The translations under genes were made by a program, and so were the position numbers. Positions 7,372 to 12,675 of a stretch of DNA of 12,675 nucleotides are shown in pieces (within the stretch, counting starts at the first letter, position 1; the number at the start of each line of letters is the position of its first letter). Where the stretch lies: NCBI GenBank assembly GCA_964468425.1, contig CAYXSZ010000056.1, positions 1-12,675 on the forward strand, written 5' to 3'. The notes below the pieces were generated by a model. The model saw only the letters and a list, made by a program, of their open reading frames with translations. It had not been told where the DNA came from and did not search any database. The stretch comes from Candidatus Woesearchaeota archaeon. GTDB lineage: Archaea; Nanobdellota; Nanobdellia; Nanobdellales; Nanobdellaceae.

Positions 7372-8001
7372 CTATTGACTTGTTAAGGTTCCTTTTTCTA
7401 ATCTATACACCTTAAACGGTTCTGGAAGGTGCTCTAAAATCTTCTTGTGATGCGTTACTAACAATATAGTTCCGCCTCTCTCTAAAAAAGCGTTGAGCTC
7501 CTTAGCTACCAATTTAGTGTTATCTTCATCGAGACCAGAATCTAACTCGTCAATTAACAAGAGCTTTGGTTTCAAAGATAGAGCTAAATAAAAATCTATG
7601 AGCTTTGACTCTCCACCTGAGAAATCTTTGAATAGAACTCGATTGCTAAATCGCTCAAAAAATTCTTTGTTCAAAATGTTGTATTTTTTCTTAAGAGCGT
7701 TGATAAAATCTGAAAGTTTCACTTCCGTATCTTTTGGAAGGTGCTGTGGAACTAAAATAATCCCTCTTTTAACTCTTTCTTCAAGAGGAAGCTTAGTTTT
7801 ATCGTCTCCTTCGAAGTATAGATTTCCTTGTATACTATAATTTTCTAAACCAGCTATGGCGTTTAAAAGAGTAGTTTTTCCAGCTCCGTTTCCTCCTTTA
7901 AGTATGTAAAGTTTCCCAGCTTCGAGATCAAGCGAAATGTCGGTTAAAATTTTTCTATCCCTATAATAAACGTTGGCGCTCTTTAAACTAAGAATGATCA
8001 T
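7372..8001 (-). CDS. sufC: SufC-like ABC ATPase of the Fe-S cluster assembly system
   Basis: Walker A GGNGAGKTT, Q-loop VPQ, signature FSGGESK, Walker B LLLIDELDSGLD, H-loop VTHH. It has no transmembrane partner and lies 11 nt downstream of a SufB-family gene on the same strand. Confidence 0.8.
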   Translation of the reverse strand: MIILSLKSANVYYRDRKILTDISLDLEAGKLYILKGGNGAGKTTLLNAIAGLENYSIQGNLYFEGDDKTKLPLEERVKRGIILVPQHLPKDTEVKLSDFINALKKKYNILNKEFFERFSNRVLFKDFSGGESKLIDFYLALSLKPKLLLIDELDSGLDEDNTKLVAKELNAFLERGGTILLVTHHKKILEHLPEPFKVYRLEKGTLTSQ

Positions 8002-8012
8002 CGTTCTCAGAT

Positions 8013-8954
8013 TTATAGCGTCTTTTTAGAATCGATTTGCAAAAATCCCTTGACAAAAAGATCTATCGCTTCTTCTTTACTTAATCCACGCATTCTGAAG
8101 TATTCAATAACTTCTTCTGGTATTCTACCTACAGAAGCTTCGTGATAAAGATAAGAACTTTTATCCTTGATGTATATTTCTGGGATGGACTGTATTTTTC
8201 CATTTCCAAGTAAAATTCCATCGCACTTAGAGTACCCTTTAATGTTTTTACCAGATGCATCGAGCTTAAAATGAGTGCTTAAAAATCCTTCATATACAAC
8301 TGCTCTAGAAGATAAATTAACCGTAGAATTGTTTCCTTTGATATATGCAAAATTCTTTAATATAAATTCCCCGGAATTTAATTTTACCTCGGATTTTGAA
8401 AGTAGTTTGACGTTGTTATAAACTATATACTTTGTTTTTTTATTAACTTTTCCCCATCCATCTAGATTTATGTAAATATCCTCAAACTCTGAAAAATCTT
8501 CAAGATATACATAAGATCTGCTCAAAGTTTTGTTTTTAGGCACCCACCTGTGGGACTCTATAAATTTTACTTTTGCGCTTTGCTCAACCAGAATAAAGTT
8601 TCTCGCGCGATGTTCTCCAGCGGTTTTTCCTAGACAGGTTGTATAAACATTTATTTCGCTATTTTTTTCAGCGTAAACAATATTTACGACGTTCTGTGAA
8701 GTGCTGTCGATGAAGAAGCAGGTTTTGACAGGTATAGATACCTTTGCTCCCTCCTTTACGTGCAGGAAGAAACCTCCATCTGCTTTTGAGACTATCTTCT
8801 TAATTTTCAAACTTCCAAAAACTTTAGGAAAACTTTTAGCGAGCTTTATAGAAAATATTTCTATTTGGTCTGCTTTTAGCTCCCTCACAAACTCTTCCTT
8901 GTTGTATAGAATGTAATCGGATCTCTCAATAGACTTGAGATGATCTCTCTTCAT
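8013..8954 (-). CDS. sufB: SufB/SufD-family Fe-S cluster scaffold protein (short, 313 aa; SufB-like HEA motif)
   Basis: The C-terminal text YHEASVGRIPEEVIEYFRMRGLSKEEAIDLFVKGF matches the conserved SufB/D C-terminal helix region, and HEA is the SufB-type version. The beta-helix-like repetitive middle also fits. It is much shorter than typical SufB. Confidence 0.75.
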   Translation of the reverse strand: MKRDHLKSIERSDYILYNKEEFVRELKADQIEIFSIKLAKSFPKVFGSLKIKKIVSKADGGFFLHVKEGAKVSIPVKTCFFIDSTSQNVVNIVYAEKNSEINVYTTCLGKTAGEHRARNFILVEQSAKVKFIESHRWVPKNKTLSRSYVYLEDFSEFEDIYINLDGWGKVNKKTKYIVYNNVKLLSKSEVKLNSGEFILKNFAYIKGNNSTVNLSSRAVVYEGFLSTHFKLDASGKNIKGYSKCDGILLGNGKIQSIPEIYIKDKSSYLYHEASVGRIPEEVIEYFRMRGLSKEEAIDLFVKGFLQIDSKKTL

Positions 8955-9190
8955 TTTTGTTGTGAAATAACATAGGAAAAAGTATTCTTGAGATTTGTTT
9001 CCTTCGCTATGATATTCTCAATACAATCGCTAATTAAAATGCTTTCGCCAAGTAGCTCAATATCTTTTTTATTTTGTAAATAGAGATTGACCGCAAAAAC
9101 TACCTCATTTTTGATTTTGAAGTGCCTGAAAACTTCGATCGCATCCAGCATAAATAATCCTTGTCTGAAAATTTTAAGATTTATTTTCAT
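8951..9190 (-). CDS. Small hypothetical protein, first gene of the suf operon (start uncertain: 9190 or 9151)
   Basis: The stop TGA overlaps the sufB-like ATG (ATGA at 8951-8954), which suggests translational coupling. No family was recognised. The track start at 9265 would overlap the divergent ThiS-like gene, so the internal ATGs at 9190 (79 aa) or 9151 (66 aa) are more plausible. Confidence 0.4.
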   Translation of the reverse strand: MKINLKIFRQGLFMLDAIEVFRHFKIKNEVVFAVNLYLQNKKDIELLGESILISDCIENIIAKETNLKNTFSYVISQQK

Positions 9191-9200
9191 CAATAAATTG

Positions 9201-9407
9201 ATGGTTAAGGTTAAAGTGTTTATCGAGAGATGCGAAGAAGAAAAAGAAGTAGAATTTGATGGCAAAACAGTTAAAGATCTTTTGAATTACTTAAAAATCG
9301 AGGCAAGTAGATGTGTAGTCGTTAAAAACGGAGAAGTGGTAGTGGAAGACGAGGAGTTAAATGACGGCGACTATGTAAAAATTTTAGACGTAGTTTCAGG
9401 AGGGTGA
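9201..9407 (+). CDS. ThiS/MoaD/SAMP-like beta-grasp sulfur-carrier or ubiquitin-like protein ending in Gly-Gly
   Basis: The 68 aa sequence is MVKVKVFIE...FDGKTVKDLL...NDGDYVKILDVVSGG*. Its size, the DGD.V.IL motif and the C-terminal GG are typical of ThiS/MoaD. ATG 9201 is preferred over the track start at 9087, whose extension is low-quality and antisense to the neighbouring ORF. The stop overlaps the pyrH GTG (GTGA at 9404-9407). Confidence 0.75.
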   Translation: MVKVKVFIERCEEEKEVEFDGKTVKDLLNYLKIEASRCVVVKNGEVVVEDEELNDGDYVKILDVVSGG

Positions 9408-10048
9408 AAAGAATCGTAGTCTCCTTAGGAGGTTCTCTACTTTACAAGAATAATATAGAGCTGGATATAGAATACATACAAAAATTTTGTAGCTTTATAA
9501 GAGATTTATACCCTAATTATTGGTTTTTAATTGTTGTTGGAGGAGGAAGGTTGGCTAGAGCTCTCCAAAGGCAGTTAAGCTTTTTATCTGACGAATGTAA
9601 AGATTGGATTGGAATTCGCGTTACTCAGGTAAACGCTGAGATTGTAAAGCAATTTTTAAGAGATATAAGCTATGAAGAAATAATTACAAATTACTCAAGC
9701 ATCCCAAATACGTCTAAAATTGTAATAGGTGCTGGATGGAAACCTGGAAGGTCTACGGACTTTTGCGCTGTGTATTCGGCGAGTTTACTTGGTATAAAAG
9801 AAGTATTGAACTTATCTTGCGTAGATGGGATTTATGTAGATGATAAACTCGTTAAAAGGATTACTTACGAAGATTTAAAGAAGATGATTCCAGAATGGAA
9901 GCCCGGAATGAATTTCCCCATAGACGAGGAGGCTTTGGAGATTGCACATAAAAATAACATAAAGTTCGTGACTCTTAACGGAAGATGTTTTGAAAATATC
10001 AAAAACTACTTGAGCGGAAAAGATTTCAAAGGCACTGTAATTATCTAG
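9404..10048 (+). CDS. pyrH: Archaeal-type UMP kinase (amino acid kinase family)
   Basis: Matches include IVVSLGGS, VVGGGRLAR, GWKPGRSTD..AV..A, the VDGIYVDD-type motif and a C-terminal GTVI. The length (~214 aa) fits archaeal PyrH. The start is GTG. Confidence 0.8.
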   Translation: MKRIVVSLGGSLLYKNNIELDIEYIQKFCSFIRDLYPNYWFLIVVGGGRLARALQRQLSFLSDECKDWIGIRVTQVNAEIVKQFLRDISYEEIITNYSSIPNTSKIVIGAGWKPGRSTDFCAVYSASLLGIKEVLNLSCVDGIYVDDKLVKRITYEDLKKMIPEWKPGMNFPIDEEALEIAHKNNIKFVTLNGRCFENIKNYLSGKDFKGTVII

Positions 10049-10075
10049 GCTAAAAATAAAACAATAATAATTAAA

Positions 10076-10115
10076 GTCGTTAGCATATAAATTCTAATTT
10101 GCTAGAATTAACGAC
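10076..10115. repeat. Nested imperfect inverted repeat downstream of pyrH
   Basis: The outer arms GTCGTT (10076-10081) and AACGAC (10110-10115) enclose the inner arms AATTCTA (10090-10096) and TAGAATT (10103-10109), which surround a 6-nt loop. The related perfect palindrome ATTCTAGAAT lies at 10151-10160. Confidence 0.5.
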
Positions 10116-10165
10116 AATAAAGGTATATGAGAATTGGGTGTGATCAAGATATTCTAGAATGAACG

Positions 10166-10618
10166 CTAATTTTTTTGATTGCCATTTTCTTCAAGACGCT
10201 CTCTGACATGAGGACTTAAATAACCATCATTTGTCCATACCTCATTCTCAAACTTATTACAACACTTTAAATATAGAGTTGAGAGATTTTGCTCTGGATA
10301 GGTGATCTTTGACAAAGGCAGATGTTGTATTTTTATTCTGTTAAATTGAGCTGTGACTCGACGATTGGAGCTATTCACAGTCTACAATTACAGGTTCAAA
10401 TCTTCGCCAGCCCATAAAACATTTTTATTGGATTACCACTTATGATATTCTGTACAAGTTCTAAACCCTTGGTAAATCAAACATAATCTAAAATCGTAGT
10501 TAATGGCATACTCACAAGGCAATCCTATTACTTTACACACTGCTAGCTTATCCCTACGATAAGTATCCACAGAAGACGATTCTCTAAAGTTCTCGAGAAT
10601 AAAGTTAGAGACGTGCAA
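10166..10618 (-). pseudogene. Candidate decayed gene: two same-frame ORFs separated by three in-frame stop codons; family unknown
   Basis: The track ORFs 10433-10618 and 10166-10378 share one minus-strand frame. They are separated only by TAA (10433-10435), TAA (10388-10390) and TAG (10382-10384). Neither has an ATG start (TTG and GTG). No motif was recognised. Confidence 0.3.
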
Positions 10619-10827
10619 GATTTGATGTATGACTAAATCTTTTCGTATAGATGATGCTTTACACCACCTTTACCATCCATTTGAGCTTCCTCGGAATGTG
10701 CTAGCGATTAGATTCGGATATTTTCGAAACAATCGCTCGCTTTACATCGTAGTTTTTGAGATCTTCTACATTAATATCGCAAAACAATGTAAGGAAGAAT
10801 TTTATCCATAAAGCATTTATTCCCAAC

Positions 10828-10842
10828 AAAAAGGTTTTTAAT
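10828..10842 (+). promoter_or_regulatory. BRE/TATA-like promoter of tRNA-Asp (AAAAAGG TTTTTAAT)
   Basis: A purine-rich AAAAAGG (10828-10834) directly precedes TTTTTAAT (10835-10842). The tRNA's first nucleotide, G at 10868, lies 26 nt after the last TATA base. Confidence 0.5.
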
Positions 10843-10867
10843 GATTAGTCCACACCTAGATCTATAC

Positions 10868-10939
10868 GCCCCGGTAGTGTAGCGGCCAGCATGCGGGACT
10901 GTCGATCCCGTGACCCGGGTTCGAATCCCGGCCGGGGCG
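10868..10939 (+). tRNA. tRNA-Asp: tRNA-Asp (anticodon GUC), 72 nt, no encoded CCA
   Basis: Folded by hand. The acceptor stem GCCCCGG/CCGGGGC has 7 perfect pairs. The D arm is GUGU-AGCGGCCA-GCAU. The anticodon arm is CGGGA-CUGUCGA-UCCCG with anticodon GUC. The variable loop is UGAC, the T arm is CCGGG-UUCGAAU-CCCGG, and the discriminator is G. It is very GC-rich relative to its flanks. Confidence 0.93.
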
Positions 10940-10940
10940 C

Positions 10941-11831
10941 TTAAGCTTCAAATGGATTCATCGCTTTTAGCAAAAATACGAACATAAGAGTGGCAGCTGG
11001 GAGAAACACAACTACAATAAGTAATTGTATCTGGGACATCATTTTGCTTCCACCACCCATAATAGATCCCATAATGGTTGTAAGGATCATTACGAAAACT
11101 ACTCCAACAATAATTAATGTAATATAGAGTTCGAGGATAACTTGCATAACGTTTGTATATTCAACAAGTTTTCTTTTGAACTCCTGAATATATTGACGAG
11201 CTTTTTCGTAGAGATACGACTCCATATCTCCTCCCTCAACGAGAATTGATCTTAAACCTTCTAAAAGTTCTCTCCACTCTCTAGAGGGACTTTGGCTAGC
11301 TTTCACGTGTAAAGCAGTTGGAAGGTCTAAACCAAGTCCTTTAACATACCTTACAATATCTTGAGCATCCTTAGATATTTCAGAGAACTCCTTATACTTT
11401 GCAAGGAGAGTAAACAAAGACAAGGGATTCGCTCCACTTGTAGATATAGTTGCCATGTATATAGTCGCTAAATAAAGAGAGTTATCGATTTTTTTTCCAC
11501 GAGCGGAAATCATTAAGCTTGGATAAGCTCTGAAAAACATAATACCCATTACGAATCCGATCAGTCCTCCAACCAATGCGAGAACAATTCCAACGAAGAT
11601 TATTTTAGGGTTTTTCATTAACATAGTCAAAGCAAGACCGACAGCAAAACCCATAAATGCAAAAATAACCGAGATTGCAATTGAGTAAAAGAAAGCTTCG
11701 CCAACGAACTCCCTTAAATCTTTATTAATTCCAGCTTTTTTGAGTATGGGTTCTACATCTCGGAAAAATGGAAGGAAAATAGGTTCAATTATTGGTTTAA
11801 ATGCGTTGTAAACTTTAAGCCCAAAACCCAT
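10941..11831 (-). CDS. FlaJ/ArlJ-TadC-type type IV filament platform membrane protein, single T2SSF-like domain (resembles the C-terminal half of FlaJ)
   Basis: It is a polytopic membrane protein with one cytoplasmic helical domain: NSLYLATIYMATISTSGANP...LDLPTALHVKASQSPSREWRELLEGLRSILVEGGDMESYL. Hydrophobic segments flank this domain. The stop codon abuts the tRNA-Asp 3' end (1 nt gap). Confidence 0.75.
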   Translation of the reverse strand: MGFGLKVYNAFKPIIEPIFLPFFRDVEPILKKAGINKDLREFVGEAFFYSIAISVIFAFMGFAVGLALTMLMKNPKIIFVGIVLALVGGLIGFVMGIMFFRAYPSLMISARGKKIDNSLYLATIYMATISTSGANPLSLFTLLAKYKEFSEISKDAQDIVRYVKGLGLDLPTALHVKASQSPSREWRELLEGLRSILVEGGDMESYLYEKARQYIQEFKRKLVEYTNVMQVILELYITLIIVGVVFVMILTTIMGSIMGGGSKMMSQIQLLIVVVFLPAATLMFVFLLKAMNPFEA

Positions 11832-11868
11832 TAATTTTTATTTCTCTTTAACCATAAAATTATTTATC
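11832..11868. promoter_or_regulatory. 37-bp AT-rich divergent promoter region between the two platform-protein genes
   Basis: The sequence is TTAATTTTTATTTCTCTTTAACCATAAAATTATTTATC. It has TATA-like runs about 30 nt upstream of each start: ATTTTTATT for the plus gene, and AAATAATTTTA on the minus strand for the minus gene. Confidence 0.4.
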
Positions 11869-12675
11869 ATGGATGTAATCAGGGTTGGTCCTGAGGAATT
11901 CAGAAAAGTCCGAATCGGGAAATACTTTATCCCTTACGAACACGTAATTATTATTCTTTCCTTAATAGGAGCTTTTATTTTAATAACTCTTGGAGTAATT
12001 TCTAGACTTTATGAAACGTACGAGACTCTAGCTCTTTTAATTGTTCTGGTGTTTACTACAGCTGCTATTCCCATAATGTTCTATAAAGTGTATACTACAG
12101 GGCAGGATCGAAAAATTGAGGAGAGGTATCCTTCTTTCTTAAGGGACCTCTCAGAATCCATTGCTTCTGGAATGACTTTAGTTCAGGCGTTAAAGCACTT
12201 GTCCACGGTAGACTACGGACCTTTAACTCCGTTTGTTCGAAAGCTTTACACTTGGCTCTCGTGGGGAGTGGAGTTTACAAAAGCTTTCGAAAAGTTCAAC
12301 AAGTTCTTTAAAAGCGATACGATTGTTCGCGCAAACTACATCATTCTTGAAGCTTATAAGGAAGGAGGAAACATAGAAAAAGTTCTTAAAACAGTTGCAG
12401 ACGACTTAGAAAGTATCAAAGAGCTTGAAAAACTCAAAAAGTCTTATGTATCTCAGCAAATCTTAACGCTTTATGTCATTTTCGTGATTTTTATCGGGTT
12501 AATAGTGATGCTCAAGATGGTTTTGCAGCCGATGATTATGCAGCAAATAGCAATGCAATCTATATCCTCTAATGCGTTTTCTCTATCTTCTGGAAAAGTA
12601 GATTTACAGGGTTTTAAGATCGCATCTGCTTTGGCTATAATTATTGAAGGGATCTGTATAGCGTTCATTATGGGA
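11869..12675 (+). CDS. FlaJ/ArlJ-TadB-type platform membrane protein, N-terminal-half-like (partial; runs off the window end; not in the supplied ORF track)
   Basis: I translated this by hand from ATG 11869, and it stays open for 269 codons to nt 12675. The sequence is MDVIRVGPEEFRKV..., then two TM helices, then a T2SSF-like domain (ERYPSFLRDLSESIASGMTLVQALKHLSTVDYGPLTPFVRKLYTWLSWGVEFTKAFEKF...EAYKEGGNIEKVLKTVADDLESIKE), then further TM helices. Confidence 0.75.
   Translation, partial: MDVIRVGPEEFRKVRIGKYFIPYEHVIIILSLIGAFILITLGVISRLYETYETLALLIVLVFTTAAIPIMFYKVYTTGQDRKIEERYPSFLRDLSESIASGMTLVQALKHLSTVDYGPLTPFVRKLYTWLSWGVEFTKAFEKFNKFFKSDTIVRANYIILEAYKEGGNIEKVLKTVADDLESIKELEKLKKSYVSQQILTLYVIFVIFIGLIVMLKMVLQPMIMQQIAMQSISSNAFSLSSGKVDLQGFKIASALAIIIEGICIAFIMG

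Noticed and set aside
7355-7376. Inverted repeat AATAGA-N10-TCTATT spanning the 15-bp gap between the convergent rad50 and sufC stops, considered as a bidirectional terminator
   Set aside because: It has only a 6-bp A/T-rich stem with a 10-nt loop, which is a weak structure at high growth temperature. Archaeal termination mainly uses oligo-T tracts, and none is present here.
9087-9265. Long versions of the two divergent ORFs (plus-strand start 9087; minus-strand start 9265), which overlap each other
   Set aside because: The extensions are mutually antisense and S/T/L-rich without motifs. The ThiS-like domain is complete from ATG 9201, and the internal ATGs (9190 or 9151) leave an AT-rich promoter spacer.
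10350-10413. tRNA-like fragment: GGTTCAAATC...CGCCAGCCCA resembles a T-loop plus acceptor 3' strand ending in CCA. It was considered as a split-tRNA half or an att-site relic.
   Set aside because: The T-stem gives only about 3 pairs, and the putative acceptor pairs for only 4 bp with GCTG at 10350-10353. No anticodon arm folds. The segment is AT-rich, unlike the genuine GC-rich tRNA nearby. Its identity to the tRNA-Asp 3' end is only about 14 of 22 nt, which is typical of any T-arm-like string.
10703-10737. Inverted repeat AGCGATT...AATCGCT with inner TTCG/CGAA arms
   Set aside because: It is real in the sequence, but it is isolated, short and interrupted, with no second copy in the window. 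It is noted as part of the gene-poor region rather than as a separate element.
10629-10811. 60-aa plus-strand ORF upstream of the tRNA
   Set aside because: It has no motif, no promoter-like element at a suitable distance and an unremarkable composition. It lies in the region better explained as decayed sequence.
10049-10867. Search for C/D-box sRNA motifs (RUGAUGA ... CUGA), other structured RNAs, or ORB-like origin boxes in the gene-poor region
   Set aside because: Only imperfect C-box-like strings were found (for example GATGATGC near 10650 and ATGATTA near 10841), with no correctly spaced D box or terminal stem. The region is AT-rich, whereas structural RNAs here should be GC-rich like the tRNA. 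No repeated ORB-like element was seen by eye.
1-12675. Checked for CRISPR arrays, IS elements or terminal inverted repeats, inteins and rRNA
   Set aside because: There are no regularly spaced direct repeats and no transposase or integrase motifs. No Hint/intein blocks interrupt the ATPase, Rad50 or other genes. There are no rRNA-like GC-rich stretches other than the single tRNA.

Overview
This is an AT-rich (about one-third G+C by eye), very gene-dense archaeal window. Many neighbouring genes have overlapping start/stop codons: TAATG at 1131-1135, ATGA at 5096-5099 and 8951-8954, and GTGA at 9404-9407. The single tRNA is very GC-rich in AT-rich DNA, which suggests a hyperthermophile with a reduced genome. 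The overall look is Nanoarchaeota-like, but that is an inference, not a database result.

Gene content in order:
- Two uncharacterised, probably extracytoplasmic proteins, then a FlaI/ArlI-type type IV filament ATPase with an unusual Lys/Pro-rich N-terminal extension.
- On the minus strand, a Cys-rich pilin with a class III signal peptide, followed by an RPA-like OB-fold gene.
- mre11-rad50, where rad50 is broken into two ORFs in different frames just before the zinc hook.
- A minimal suf cluster (small ORF, sufB-like, sufC) on the minus strand.
- A ThiS/MoaD-like diglycine protein translationally coupled to archaeal UMP kinase.
- About 820 bp with no convincing gene. It holds two same-frame ORFs separated by in-frame stops, which looks like a decayed gene.
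- tRNA-Asp(GUC).
- Two head-to-head FlaJ/TadC-type platform genes. The second runs off the window end and is missing from the ORF track.

No CRISPR array, IS element or rRNA was seen. The most interesting items are the split or frameshifted Rad50, the dispersed and atypical type IV filament gene set, the decayed region next to the tRNA, and the Ubl-pyrH coupling. All functional calls come from motif recognition by eye; no searches were run.
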